Source: Octopus vulgaris
Taxonomy: Eukaryota
Assembly: GCA_951406725.2 (NCBI GenBank)
Contig: OX597816.1
Coordinates: 61,876,001 to 61,940,000 of the forward strand
Direction of reading: 5' to 3'
Length of the DNA: 64,000 bases
Positions 13,104 to 26,099 of the stretch are shown piece by piece. Position 1 is the first letter of the stretch. Every line of letters begins with the position of its first letter. Position numbers and translations under genes: made by a program. A model generated the notes under the pieces. That model did not search any database. It was not told the DNA's origin and worked only from the letters and a program-made list of their open reading frames with translations.

Positions 13104-13405
13104 TGGAGGCACATGGCCTAGTGGTTAGACCAGCAGACTCGCGGTCAGGGATCGCGGGTTCGAATCTCAGACCGGGCGATGTGTGTGTTTATGAGCGAAA
13201 CACCTAAGCTCCATGCGGCTCCAGCAGAAGGTAATGGCGAACTTCTGTTGACTCTTTCGCCACAACTTTCTTTCACTCTTTCCTCCTGCATCTTGCAGCA
13301 CACCTGCGACGGACCGGCGTCCCGTCCAGGTGGGGAACCTATACGCTAAGGAAATCGGGAAACCGGCCCCTATGAGCCAGGCATGGCTCGAGAAGGAACA
13401 GAGAA
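13104..13405 (+). mobile_element. SINE family B with 11-bp TSD AATTATCTAGG
   Basis: A box TGGCCTAGTGG, B box GGTTCGAATCT; TSD at 13093-13103 / 13406-13416. Confidence 0.93.
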
Positions 13406-14807
13406 AATTATCTAGGGATGCCATCTTTCTGAAATACCGTAGTTGAATAAATATTAGCATTAAAAATGTTGTGAGCAAGAAATCCATATAAATAAATAAT
13501 CGTTGTGATGAAAAGCAGAAAACACAACTTCACTGGTTTATATAAATTTAAAAAAATGATCGATATGAAAGAGTGACAATCCTGAATTTATGATGAATTT
13601 AAATTAGAATTACGCATGCAGTGAAAAGATTAAGACATAATCTTGAAAACTGTTATTTATGTAATCCAGTCGCTGAAAAGTCAGCGACAACACTATATTT
13701 CAATCGTATTAGACCTCATCAGCGAAACAAACTTTTCCACTACTTACCATATCCATTGATAGGTAATGAATATTTAGATGTATCAGAAATGTACACGATT
13801 TCCTATGGCATCTTTATATAATACTGGGGGAAATTACATGGAGTAAAATATTCTTATGAAACGCTAAAGTTGGATGAATATCGACAATGTTAATGTAGTT
13901 TGCATATTACATTTTAATTTAGTTAGTGTATTAAAATTAATGCTAATACTGACGTTAATACTTTCAGTTCTCCACTGCGTAACTCAAATTTTAATTAACA
14001 GAAGTTTTTGCATCTTCGCCTTGGCAAACCGAAGTTGCTGCTGGTTTTTTCTACTAACCTTAACGAGCAAAAATGTAGTAACTGCACAATAATACTACCT
14101 CGTAAGTAACTCAGAATGCTTTTGATTACTTTGCACTTTATAAACGAATCAAAGCACGAGGCAGACGAAATAAACGATAAATAAGTTTTGACTCGTTAAT
14201 TTTCTGTTAAAGTAAAAACAGAGAGAAAAACATATTTCAAAGAACTGAAATGTGTGGTAAAAAACAAAAAATATGAAACTGATTCGAGAGTATTAAATAT
14301 AGGATTAATACTTATTTATCGTAAATGTAACGCATTCAGAGTGATGAAAACTGAAGGAAAATTCCATAAATCAAAATAGAAATTTAGAGCTGCTGCTCTA
14401 CATCTTTAAAATGGAATAGTTAAACACCTGAGATTTTTGTGTGTTTGTGACTCAGTGTGAAGTCTTTGCCTTTATTTTATTGAGGCCAAATCACATTTAA
14501 TACCCCGTAACTCATTGTGTCAGACAATGCAATCGTGTCTCAGTGGTTTGTGATGTTTCACTTTTATTTTTTCACGTATTTAATATCTTTACGGAACTCC
14601 TCGTACACTTTACACGCTATTATTTATAGCTTTACCTGCTTCGAGTTTCGCGATTTTATGCCTCTCTAAAGTTTTACATTAAGACGCAAATAACATGGAT
14701 ACATACATATCATAAATATTTGCACAAAAATATATATACGAACAGAGATTATACATGCTTCATAAGTATGCGTAAATATATATGTGTGTGTGTGTATGTG
14801 TATGTAT

Positions 14808-14895
14808 GGCGTGGCTCCCGGTCTTGCCAGCTCCTGTCAAAACGTCCAACACCTGCTAGCATGGAAAACGGACTTAAATAATGACGATGATAATG
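14808..14895 (+). mobile_element. SINE/LINE 3' tail fragment ending in (GAT)n
   Basis: GCTAGCATGGAAAACGGAC..AAATAATGACGATGAT; a similar tail lies at 45272-45350. Confidence 0.5.
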
Positions 14896-16184
14896 CTGAT
14901 CTTTCTATCTATCTATATCTCTAAGAAATCAATATTGCTGATGTAAGCCCCCAAGTCAACTCTAACCATTACGATTTTTCTCCTATTTGCAGAAGTTCAA
15001 CGCTACATTATATTGCAATGTATTCTTTTCAAAACAACAGAATAATATTTTAAGGTGGGGTTTTGACGGTTATTTCTCGCAGGCCGAGCGACCAAACCAC
15101 ATAGAGGTTCACGAAAGCGTAAAGGCGTGAAGAGATAATGTGTGATTGTAAAATAACATTAATGTTACCAATTATTGTTTTGTTTGCTTGAGGTAATATG
15201 TCACACTGCAGAGACTTCAGAGAAGATGTGGGCTATTGCACATTAATTAGTTGAATTCAATGAATATATATGGCACATAAACATGGTTGCATACTTTTGT
15301 TTATGCGCACATTTATTATATTATATAGAATAAGAATATGTATCTATTTATACAATACGAATGTATGTGTAAATGTTTGCTTGTCATGTATGAATGGTAT
15401 ACATATAGTGGCGCACGTACACTTCTTCTCACCTTGTAAGTATATATATATGTGTGTGTGTGTGTGTGTATAAACAAGTGTGTATATAAGTATGTGTGCA
15501 TACTTGTGTTTGCGTGTGTGTATATATATGTAAATATTTATTCATGCTCACACACTCACACACACACACACACACACACATATGTACATATATGTATGGC
15601 TGAATATTTGTAGAAATGTAAGTATGAATGTACGTAGGTGTGTATATACATTGGGAAGAAGAGTAGAAAAGTGAAAAGCGAAGCGCTGAATTATAAGTGG
15701 TAAAGAAGCCAGGAAGGAAGAAAGAAACAAGAAGAAAACAAGAGGGAAAGGGAATCAGAAGAATAATGAAGAGAAAGAGCACAAGAGAGGAAGGAAGGAA
15801 AGAAGAAAAAATCCACCGAAGAAAGTCAAACTAAAATAAAAGAAGCATGGCAAAAAAGAAGATAGAAAAAAATCAAAAACAAAAACGGATTCGGGGCAAG
15901 GAATTAATTGCCAACTTGAGAACACCTGGTGTTTTTTCAAACTAATTCCATAAAGTGTGCTGTAAATGGGTTAAATAACGTTCGAAGGCAGCGAGTTGGA
16001 AGAGTGATTCGAACATCGGATCGAATGCCTTGCGGTAGCTGTTCCATCTCCCTGCGATCTGATTTCAAATCCTTTGTCATTCTTACTCCATTGTGCTCGT
16101 CTTTCAAAAGTCTTGTCTTGTCACATTGTATCAAATTATTTCGATATTAATAGTGACTGTCCGTTCTTCAAAGAACGGAAGTGT

Positions 16185-16560
16185 TTGGAAGTGTTATTAT
16201 GTACATTGTTTTGTCTTGGTATAACAGATGGGCTACAGAAAATATTCTGCTCAATACCACAGATTTGCTTGTCAGTTGTTTGATCTTAACCATTTGAGCT
16301 TTTCTTTTGGTGGCTGACGATATGTGCATCTCTGATCACGAGCAGAAGTAGTGGGGGAGCATCATAGCCATATATTGAGAGGGATTCTTTGGAGTTTGAA
16401 TAATTCACCTTTGGAAACTTGGGTGTTTCGTTCAACATCCTTAAACAACCCTTATTCAGGGACCTTTTGAACAAGATGGGTTACTCGACCAGAAGCAAAT
16501 TCTAACTGGGCCTCACCTACAAGGTCATGTACTGTTTATCTTGATATGAGATCACATTGT
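16185..16560. mobile_element. Partial copy (opposite orientation) of the (ATT)n-flanked element at 22809-23335
   Basis: Reverse-complement match to ~22935-23280. Confidence 0.85.
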
Positions 16561-16705
16561 TCATGTCCCCATCACTTAGCGGTTCGGCAAAATGGACCGA
16601 TAGAATAAGCACTAGGCTTACAAAAAATAAGTCCCGGGATCGATTTGCTCGACTAAAGGCGGTGCTCTAGCACAGCTGCAGTCAAATGACTGAAACAAGT
16701 AAAGG
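16561..16705 (+). mobile_element. SINE family A, 3' half
   Basis: CTTAGCGGTTCGGCAAAA...CAGTCAAATGACTGAAACAAGTAAA. Confidence 0.88.
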
Positions 16706-16708
16706 AAA

Positions 16709-17022
16709 GTATTCTATAGATCTCTTTTGCCGAACCGCTAATTTACGTGTACGTAAACACACCACACTGGTTGCCAAGCGATCGTGGGGGACAAATACAG
16801 ACAACGACACACGCATGGATACACACACACATAGACACACTCGCACGCACACACACACGACGGGTTTCTTTCAGTTTCTGTCTACCAAATCCATTCCCAA
16901 GGTTTTGGTCGGTCCGAGGCAATAATACAAGACATTTACCCAAAGTACCACGCTGTGGGACACGGAACCCGCAACCGTGGGGCTGGGATGCAAGCTTCTT
17001 ACCATACAGCCATGCCTGCGCC
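16709..17022 (-). mobile_element. SINE family A, 3'-truncated, tail-to-tail with the previous copy
   Basis: Reverse complement of head, core and part of the 3' body. Confidence 0.85.
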
Positions 17023-17025
17023 TCT

Positions 17026-17054
17026 GTATGTATGTATGTATGTATGTATGTATG

Positions 17055-17088
<34 letters not shown>

Positions 17089-17325
17089 TGTATGCATGCA
17101 TGTATATATATTTGTATATATGCGTTTATGCATGTATATATATTTGTATATATGCGTTTATGCATGTATATATATTTGTGTATATGCGTTTATGCATGTA
17201 TATATTTGTATATATGCGTTTATGCATGTATATATATTTGTATATATGCTTTTTATGCATGTATGTATATTTGTATGTATGTATTTATGCATGTATGTTT
17301 GTGTATATGTAGTGTGTGTATGTAT
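17026..17325. repeat. (TATG)n grading into a ~28-30-bp minisatellite TATATATTTGTATATATGCGTTTATGCATG
   Basis: Visible tandem units. Confidence 0.9.
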
Positions 17326-18956
17326 GCCACTGACTGAAACGAGTATTAATGAATTTGAAGACTTATTTTGTTCTGTCAGTACAGAGATAATGTGACACTG
17401 CTGTTTGGTGTGTGATTATTGTTTGGAACATTTTATTATCCTAAACAGGCAGACGCACCCTTCTTTCAAAGGCAACCCGGCATTGTATGACGTTCATACC
17501 TTTTGCACATATATTTTAGTAACTCAATTAAAGTAAAGTGGTTTCATCAGAGTATGAAAATCTAGTCAGGAAATCAGGCTTCTCTTTACTAGAAGATTTC
17601 ATCTACTCGCTGTTGCATACCGACATTTAATATATAAAGTTTTGTTAATCTACCGTACTATGTTACAATAAACTTCGTATATTTGAACCAGATCTTATGC
17701 CACATGGGATATGCCAGTTCGTACGTTTAACGGAAAATACTTCTTCGAAAAGAGAAATTTAATTTGCTCAATGCTGTCCTAAATATTTTAAATGTATCTA
17801 TCCGAGGAAGGGATTTGATCGAAATGGTATTACACGAGTCTCCCCACGGCATATAAACGAGCGTATACAAATTTATGAACCTTATTGGAAGATTTTTGTC
17901 GACGTAGGCTAGTACTAGCTTCTACGGATTTTGATTTTTATTTGCTATGTTACAATACTTTGATAGCAAGCTAAACTAAATCAAGCGGTCACAGCTTTAT
18001 CGTAATTTCAATCTCTTTTTCTTTCTTTTATACTTTCTAACTATATTTCCCCATTGGGTCATTTTACCTTCCAGATGAACGATAAATATAATATGGTTTA
18101 AGAACATCTCGTTACAATGAATGTAACCTTAAGCTGTCTTTAATGCTAGTTTTCTCGTAGAAATGATAATCAAAAAACCAATGTGGAAAGAAACGAGAGC
18201 TTTTGTGTATGAATTCTTCATGAGAACGACAGAAATAGCAGCAAACTTTTAACAACTTTCTTCCAATATTCTCAATAAATATTTCACCTTTTTTAAAAAA
18301 ACGTTATTGCATATGTCATGTTATATTATGTTCCGTATTCAATGCTGAATCTAAATTTGTTCGTATGTGGCTGTGCACAATTGCGTATTTGCGAGGGTGT
18401 AGAAGTGTATTTATGCGTATGTATGTAGGTATGCATGTGTGGCGTGCTTATATGTGTTCATACGGGTATTTATATATTGTTATATACTACATACTTTAAT
18501 ACCTTTCTCGTGTATTCAGTGTTCGTATATTACTTTACATTTGATATTGCATTTCACACTTTTCATACTTCGCATATTATATCGTATTTACAAACGTTAT
18601 AGATGATATTGTTTGCCACTGAAAAGATATTTTAGCACATGACAAAAAAAAAAGAAAGAAAAAAAACGCGAAAAAATAAATCTCTGAGAACTAAGAAGAT
18701 TAAAATCTCCATAACTATTTGGGATTAAACATGTGCTTTCAGCTCAGGACTTTGGAATTTGCTAATTAGATCACGCAATCATTTCCATACATCGAATGCT
18801 CATATGTATTACGTTCTTGGCATGACTGTTTATTCTATTCGCGAACACACACACACACACACATACATGTTCACATACACACACATTCACACGTGCATGA
18901 TGATCACAAACGTGTGGAAATCAAAGTAGTTAGCGATTTACGCGATAAAGTAAGTC

Positions 18957-19519
18957 TTGGGTTGTCCGGAAAGTTCGTGCCGATTTATAGCAGCTTACCT
19001 TTCGACTTATTTTAGAACATCGTTGAATCCATAAAATAGGATTTGACTATACCTCCATTTAGAGCACAGTTTAGGCTATGTTTTCGTGGAAGAAGATTTA
19101 TATTCCTATAACCTGTGTTAATTCTGTAACCCTTTAAAATGGAAGATAAGAAAGTTCTTTTTCGGCACTTGATGCTTTGGGAACCAGACAAAAATTACTG
19201 CAGCTTGGCTGGGATGTGTTACCCCACTCTCCATTTTCACCAGATATTACTCCTTCGGATTTCCACTTATTCAGGTCTCTGCAGAATAGTCTTAACGGTA
19301 AAAATTTAAATTCCTTGGATGACGTAAAAAGATACCTTGATGAATTCTTTGCCATAAACCACCTCAATTCTGGGAAGAGGGTATTTTCAAGTTAAAGGAA
19401 AGACGGAGATGCATTGTGCAACAAAATGGTTCATATTCGGTTGATTAAAAATGTAATGGCAAGTATTTATTGACCTTTTGTTTCCTTTAAAAATCGGCAC
19501 GAACTTCCGGACAACCGAA
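18957..19519 (+). mobile_element. Non-autonomous internally deleted mariner (mellifera-like), ~565 bp
   Basis: TIRs TTGGGTTGTCCGGAAAGTTCGTGCCGATTT; N-terminal MEDKKV..FRHLML joined to C-terminal TRQKLLQLGWDVLPHSPFSPDITPSDFHLFRSLQNSL. Confidence 0.93.
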
Positions 19520-19846
19520 TATTTATTGAGAACGTCAGTTGTTCCTTTGTATTTCAGAATGTATACACACACACACACACACACACATATGGCTAGGCAC
19601 AGGCATCGCAGCGTGGTTTTAAAAGGCTCACTTTGTAAGAATGTGGCTTCGGGTTTAGTGCTTATGCTTCTCCCACATGCTGACACCACTTACTAATGGG
19701 TGTTGTTTCGTTATCATCCGCTTCCATAACATAGCAGCTCGGCAAATGAGAATTAAAAAACAAGTCTCATACTACAAATAATTTCTGGAGTCGAATTGTT
19801 GGACAAAACTTATCAACGCCGCTGTCCAATGACTGAAAGAAGTAAA

Positions 19847-20066
19847 ACGCAATGGCCCAGTGGTTAGTGCAACGGACTCGCGGTCGTAAGAACGCGGTTT
19901 TGATTCCCAAACCGGGCATTGTGAGAGTTTATTGAGCAAAAACACCTAAGCCCCACGAGGCTCCGGCGTGTATGTGGGGGGCGAGTGGGTGTGGATGGGG
20001 GTGTGTGGGGTGAACCCCGCTGTACTCTTTCACCGCAACTTTCTCTCACTCTTCCTACTTCTGCCA
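19847..20066 (+). mobile_element. SINE family B, 3'-truncated
   Basis: CGCAATGGCCCAGTGGTTAG..GGTTTTGATTCCC head and body. Confidence 0.88.
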
Positions 20067-21011
20067 CAAAGCAGAGGAACCATGATGTAACGCACTATGG
20101 TGTGGTAAACTTTCAGGCCCTAGTCTAGATTGAGAATCCTCTGTACCCCAGGATGGTTCAGCTCTCCACCCGTTAAAAGCCACTGTTTATGAAATAAAGA
20201 TAACAACGTAGCTTTCGCACCCGTGCAACCGCCAGTCTATCGCGTGTGATGGGTGGATCTTCAAGTTGCCCCACGCATTCTTAGTAGCTTAGAGTAGGCC
20301 CGAATTAGAGATTATTCTTTGTGGCTAATAGCGTGAGTGCTGATTGGGAGAAGAAGAAGAAGAACAGTAGCTGAAGTAAGGAAGTAAGTGTTTTGTTAGT
20401 CTGACCCAACTATTTTACGAATGTATGACAGGCTTGGGCGGCGACCTACTGAAAGATGTATACCGCAACTGGGAGTAGAAGTGTATTCCTAGCAAGGGAG
20501 AGATAGCGTTTTGAGAAAGCGCCCCCCCCCCCACACCAAGAAAAAAAGGTGCGTAAATACGATAAAGTCAGGCTCACCATAACGCTGGTGAAAGCATAGT
20601 TTAAAAATTTCGTCAAGATTGGCACAAACATAACCAAACGATTTTGGTACTGGTCATCGGTGGTTTGGTCAGTGAAGTACAAACCAAACCAATTCCGAAC
20701 TGACACGTCTACGATTAATCATATTTCATGTTATAGATCATAGAGGGTGTAATAAGACTAACTTCGCAACCTTGGACAATTAATCTGGATCAGCTACATG
20801 CTTTCGATGGGGTCAAATATTAATATTTGCGGCTACCCTCACGGTAACTGGTTTTCGTCTCATTTCCAGATGATGGATGGCAACAATGTACATCCGTATC
20901 TGATATGATGTCAGAGTGAAATGCTGCCTCTCTTGAAACACATTTGAATCTCGTCCTCAAGGAGATATTATCTGTGAAGGATATATCTTAGATTTCCTGT
21001 ATGTGCTAACC

Positions 21012-21242
21012 TATTTCTTCATTACCCAAAAGGGGCTAAACATAGAGGGGACAAACAAGGACAGACATAGGTATTAAGTCGATTACATCGACCCCAGTGC
21101 GTAACTGGTACTTAATTTATCGACCCCGAAAGGATGAAAGGCAAAGTCGACCTCGGCGGAATTTGAACTCAGAACGTAGCGGCAGGCGAAATACCGCTCA
21201 GCATTTCGTCCGGCGCGCTAACGTTTCTGCCAGCTCGCCGCC
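21012..21242 (-). mobile_element. SINE family D with perfect 19-bp TSD TTTCCTGTATGTGCTAACC
   Basis: TSD at 20993-21011 / 21243-21261; central GCCGAGGTCGACTTTGCCTTTCATCCTTTCGGGGTCGATAAA domain (recalled as Sauria/Meta-type SINE core, unverified). Confidence 0.93.
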
Positions 21243-22159
21243 TTTCCTGTATGTGCTAACCGTTGAACTAATTCTGCAGAAAGCTGATCTATTGTGAGGC
21301 ATCCCTTTCGAATTGAGATGTGGAGAACCATATTAGCGTGTGTCGACAAAGCCACTGCAGTGGTGTCTGGCACCACGGATATCGAGGTAGTTGGAAACAT
21401 CGTAAATGAAAACGGAACGGTGTCAAGAGAAAAGATTAATCTGGCCTAATCGGCGGGTTTGCAACTTAGCAAGTCCCTGTCATTCAGTTGGGCACTGAAT
21501 GGGTGGTAAATTTAAACTGTCCAGATTTAATTCGGTCCCGATCTGTATCTGTACAGGAACTGGAACGAGGTTACGAAAAAAGGCGGCCAGTCAGTGATAT
21601 CTTCTCGTCCTTTTGGGGGACTAAGATCAAGCAACATAGAAAGGTCTAGAATCGGAGAAGAGCCCTTACACAGTCTCTGAGTGTTCACCGTACCTTGCCT
21701 TTATTTTCGTATGGATTGATTGGAACACCAGTGTTCCATTATTTATGCATTCCGTCTGCTGTTAACGTCCTCTACACTGGGTGTACTGTATGTCGTGATT
21801 GTTGATGTGCATACATGTGCTGAGATTATGGCACTAGCGGTGAGCGGTTGTGGTTTCCGTTCTTAAGGCTTGTCCATATACAGTTCGTTTTATTTGGAGG
21901 ATTTACAAAACTGGGTGCCTCCCATTTGAAATTTTACCAGCCTTTCTTCACCCAGTCGGGTAGCATTACTAGTGGAAGTTCGCCGTTAGTAATCCATAGA
22001 TGACTAGTTTCAGAAAAGTGTGACAACGTTATTGGGTAAAACTTTGGGTGCTAGCGAGAATGAACCAGTTGGTCAGTTCTGAGGAAGTTTCAAGCTGGAG
22101 TGTTTGGTGAAATTGCAGAAGTTTTTGACATGGCAATAATACAGACATAAGTGCCGTTA

Positions 22160-22782
22160 GTAGGACAGTCATATCAATGAAGAGGCATGATCTTTATCTG
22201 AAGTCTTTCAATATAATGTCTGGCTTATTCGCATCTATCTTTTTGTCAGTTTGAATGGTGAAGTTTCAGAGGAATGAGATCTGGTCATTCTCAAGCACTG
22301 GAGGTGGTTTGTGTTCCCACCAGTTTTTATCATGGGCATGTCCAAATTTTTGCAAATTACCCAGCGAATATATAGTGCTGCTCTATCATACCTGTTGCGT
22401 TACTCTGTAGGCGCAAGAAGACTGCACATGGAGACAACATGATCAATGGTTTCATTCCATTGTTTTCATACACGAAATGTTGGTCTATTGCCGTTCTTTG
22501 ATATGTTGGCCTGGTAGCTACTTGTAGGTAGGCATTGATCTTGGGCTGCTATGATAAACGCTTCTGTTTCTGATTTTAAGCCAGGAGACACCAACCATAA
22601 TTAGGTAAGGACTTTGTCAACATCGGCATTATTAGCTCTCTTTGGGTATTTGCCATTGAGAGGTTTTTTTCTTTTACCTTTGTGAGTAAGAATATGTAAG
22701 GCAGCAGTCTTAGCACAAATCTTCATACCCTTAGCTTTCTCTGTGCTTTTTTTCAGTACGTCTAATTCTGGGATTTGTTGTG
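22160..22782 (-). mobile_element. R4/Dong-type non-LTR retrotransposon remnant (restriction-like endonuclease region), 5'-truncated at (TAA)n
   Basis: WLVSPGLKSETEAFIIAAQDQCL..ETIDHVVSMC..RYDRAALYIRW..WWEHKPPPVLENDQ..QTDKKIDANKPDIILKD..CLFIDMTV; stops and frameshifts. Confidence 0.88.
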
Positions 22783-22808
22783 TTATTATTATTATTATTA
22801 TTATTATT

Positions 22809-23335
22809 GAGTGAGAGAGCAGTGCATGCCATCAAAGTGACACTGGGGTAAAATATACGAAGCCCAGTATACCCATCATGACTACCTGTCTGATAAGGGT
22901 ACACTAGGCAAATGCATCACAACAATATGTGTGCGACATGGTGATCTCATATCAAGATAAACAGCACATGACCTTGTAGGTGAGGCCCAGTTAGAATTTT
23001 CTTCTGGTCGAGTAGGCCATCCCGCTCAAAAGGTCCCTGAATAATGGTTTCCAGAGGTGAATTATTCAAACCCCAAAGAATACCTCTCAACACATGGCTA
23101 TGATGCTCCGCCACTACTTCTGCTCGTCATCAGAGATGCACATATCGTCAGCCACTAAGGGACATGCTCAACTGGTTAAGGTCAAACAAATGACAAGCAA
23201 ATCTGTGGTATTGAGGAGAATATTTGCTGTAGCCCATCTTATATACCAAGACACAACAATGTACATGATAAAACTTCCAATCAGTTAAGATCAGAAGCCA
23301 TGAGAGCCACTGTCTGGTACTGCATCAGGACATTT
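22809..23335. mobile_element. ~530-bp non-coding interspersed element flanked on both sides by (ATT)n
   Basis: Second partial copy at 16185-16560; no ORF, no TIR, no tRNA head seen. Confidence 0.8.
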
Positions 23336-23359
23336 ATTATTATTATTATTATGATTATG

Positions 23360-23408
<49 letters not shown>

Positions 23409-23455
23409 CGGCCCTTGTGGCTAGTAAAGGACTACTACTACTAGTACAACAAAAC

Positions 23456-23548
<93 letters not shown>

Positions 23549-23570
23549 ATACTAATACTAATACTACTAC
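23336..23570. repeat. Trinucleotide array (ATT)n-(CTA)n-(CTG)n-(CTA)n
   Basis: Directly visible. Confidence 0.95.
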
Positions 23571-23897
23571 TGTTTGTACGATTCCGTTTATGTAATACGA
23601 CATTGTATTGTCCTGAAAAGTCCCCTATGTTTTTTTGACCCCTTACTGGTAAATAAGGTAAGTACTATTACTATGATTGGATTTTATCGTTGTAGTTATT
23701 GTTGTTATTGTGGTTGATGTCGTTGTTGTGATTGTTGCTGTTGTTGTTCTTCTTCTCCTTATCATTATTTGTCGTTGTTGATGAGAACCGTTGCATTAAT
23801 GTCTGTCGCTGGAAGGATGTAGTGTAAATAAATGATTATTCATTATAGCAGAAACTGGTTGGATTATTAAAAACTCATGCAAACACCTGTATACACA

Positions 23898-23933
<36 letters not shown>

Positions 23934-24380
23934 CGCATACATACTCAAATACATACATACACACGTTTTGTCATTTACTGGAAACAGCCTCGTACATATT
24001 CAGATCGAAAAACACATATTTACATATACATACACTCACAGGCATGTATGTTCATGTATGGCCTTCTTTCGCATATACATACAAATGCTCATAGAGGAAA
24101 ATACTCACGCATAAACAGATAAACAGACTTACACACTCATACACATAAACAAGTTGTCATGAACACTAGAGCGGGCACGGATATGTATTTGTATGTATAT
24201 GCACACATATAATCACAGACACACACACACACGTACGCGCACACACACACACGTGTGTATGTACATACATATATATGTGCACTCGCGCACGTGTATATAT
24301 ATATATAGGCATATGTATATATGCTTATGTATATATATATATATGTATATATATATTCATATAGGCATATGTATATATGC

Positions 24381-24430
<50 letters not shown>

Positions 24431-24599
24431 TCATATAGGCATATGCATATATGCATATGTATACACACGTGTATATATATATACAAGCATATATATGTGC
24501 CTATGTTTGTGTTTGCATATATGCTTATATGCATATATATAACTCTATATACATACATATCATATATATATATGTATGTATGCCTATACGTATTATGTA

Positions 24600-24633
<34 letters not shown>

Positions 24634-24796
24634 TATATCCTACATACTTACATACTCCAACACAAATACTTATAGCTACGCATATATATGCTCATACAAA
24701 GGGTTACACATAGTAATTTCGATATCAGAGTTTCATCTAATGACTTCGATGGCGGATGATAAGCGAGAAAAGGAAAGACCGAAAAGAGCTAGAGCG

Positions 24797-24848
<52 letters not shown>

Positions 24849-25711
24849 GGTAAGATGTATAAGGAATGAAAGTTGTAAAAGAGAAATATTATAGTAAGAA
24901 AGTGACAAGTGCCTGAACGGACGGAATATTTGAATAGCTGTAGGAAATAACAGGGGGATGTAAGGTAGAGGGCGTTTGTGTTGATTACATTGGATCGTTG
25001 CCAAATTGCAATGAAAGCTGGGTAATATTAGTTTTGCCTCTGTTTATAGGATTTCATCGGAATATCAGGAGATATTTAATCAAACAAGCGTTCTGTTCTT
25101 GATAGTGATCTATCTATTCAATTGCTAACGAGTATTTGTCCATTTTTTAAAAATATTGTCTTTACTTTCACGTTTGTGGTCGGCTCCATTCTGAGATGGG
25201 GAGGTACGTGGTGGCAACACGAGCATCCATTAACGTAGACAAGGCGGTGTGATTACAATTCAGTAATTGGAGAGGCAAATTGTTGCTAGTTGATGCTCTC
25301 CCTCACTGGACCGTGGGACCCATTATATTGTTCAGTGTCTTGTGGTTAAAATTAAAAGGAAATTCTCAAGCAAAGGAGTCGGTTTTATTTAGAATTTGGC
25401 TACGAGAAAACTGTCCTTGTTATGTTGGACCAAAGTGGTGAATGTCTATAATCCTTCGGTAATGAAGTAACCCCTGCCGGTCTTGCTTTGCCATGCGAAA
25501 CATATGACCAACGCTCCTTTCAAAGGGTTATCGGGAATACATGGTTGAATATATACAAGCACAGGCTGAAGTTGACACATCTGCAGAGATTTCTGCATAA
25601 AGACATCGGTGACAATGTGTAGAAGCCGGTCAGGGGTTACATTTACCTGCAGCTTGTTTTTTCAACGAGCTGGATGCAAAGCTTAAAGGTACATCGAGTT
25701 TGGGCGTTTAG

Positions 25712-25812
25712 CATCTGGGACACTACAAATCACTCAATGAATTAACCAGCTAGAAAGTCACCATCTGGGACATTACAATACACTCAATGAATTAACCAGG
25801 TAGAAGCTCAAC
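25712..25812. repeat. Two-copy ~50-bp tandem duplication
   Basis: CATCTGGGACA(C/T)TACAA..CACTCAATGAATTAACCAG(C/G)TAGAA occurs twice. Confidence 0.9.
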
Positions 25813-26099
25813 CTTTATAGAATAGGGATAGGATATGAGTAACGGTGGTTTAGGAGGTGATCCGAGCGCCAATGAAGGTAATCTGAATAGTTTCTTATAG
25901 AAAACTATGAGTTAAGAAATTACAAACAATTTGCAAATTCCCTCGGTCTAGCAATGGTACAGAAGGATTTAGTTTGTGATAAACTCTATAGGTATGGCCG
26001 CGTTGGATCCACCAATAAGTGCACTAGTCAGTGATACGCATATTGGGACGAAACAGTTCGCCACATGCCTGTTTAAACAAAATGAAGGTGAATGTATGA

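Noticed and set aside
13104-13175. tRNA genes at SINE 5' ends
   Set aside because: A/B boxes continue into SINE bodies with TSDs; no complete cloverleaf
13680-13730. Minus-strand CTGATGA-GGTC..GATT-GAAA..GTC hammerhead-like match
   Set aside because: Stem I does not pair and stem II relies on two G-U pairs; likely chance
13748-13823. Minus-strand AG..GTAAGT bounded 76-nt exon candidate
   Set aside because: Stops in all three frames and no other support for a - strand gene
14002-14101. 100-nt + strand exon candidate (KFLHLRLGKPKLLLVFSTNLNEQKCSNCTIILP) ending at GTAAGT
   Set aside because: Weak acceptor and phase 0 start incompatible with the phase-1 exon upstream; cannot be supported without RNA data
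14993-15130. Strong-looking acceptor followed by a short open frame
   Set aside because: Runs into an old dispersed repeat (GCTATTTCTAGC-type motif also near 29280, 54880, 56155); no good donor
17763-17912. 49-codon protein-like frame (..YPRKGFDRNGITRVSPRHINERIQIYEPYW..)
   Set aside because: No start codon or usable splice acceptor and no recognisable motif
23300-23638. 112-aa poly-Ile/poly-Leu ORF
   Set aside because: Trinucleotide repeat translation
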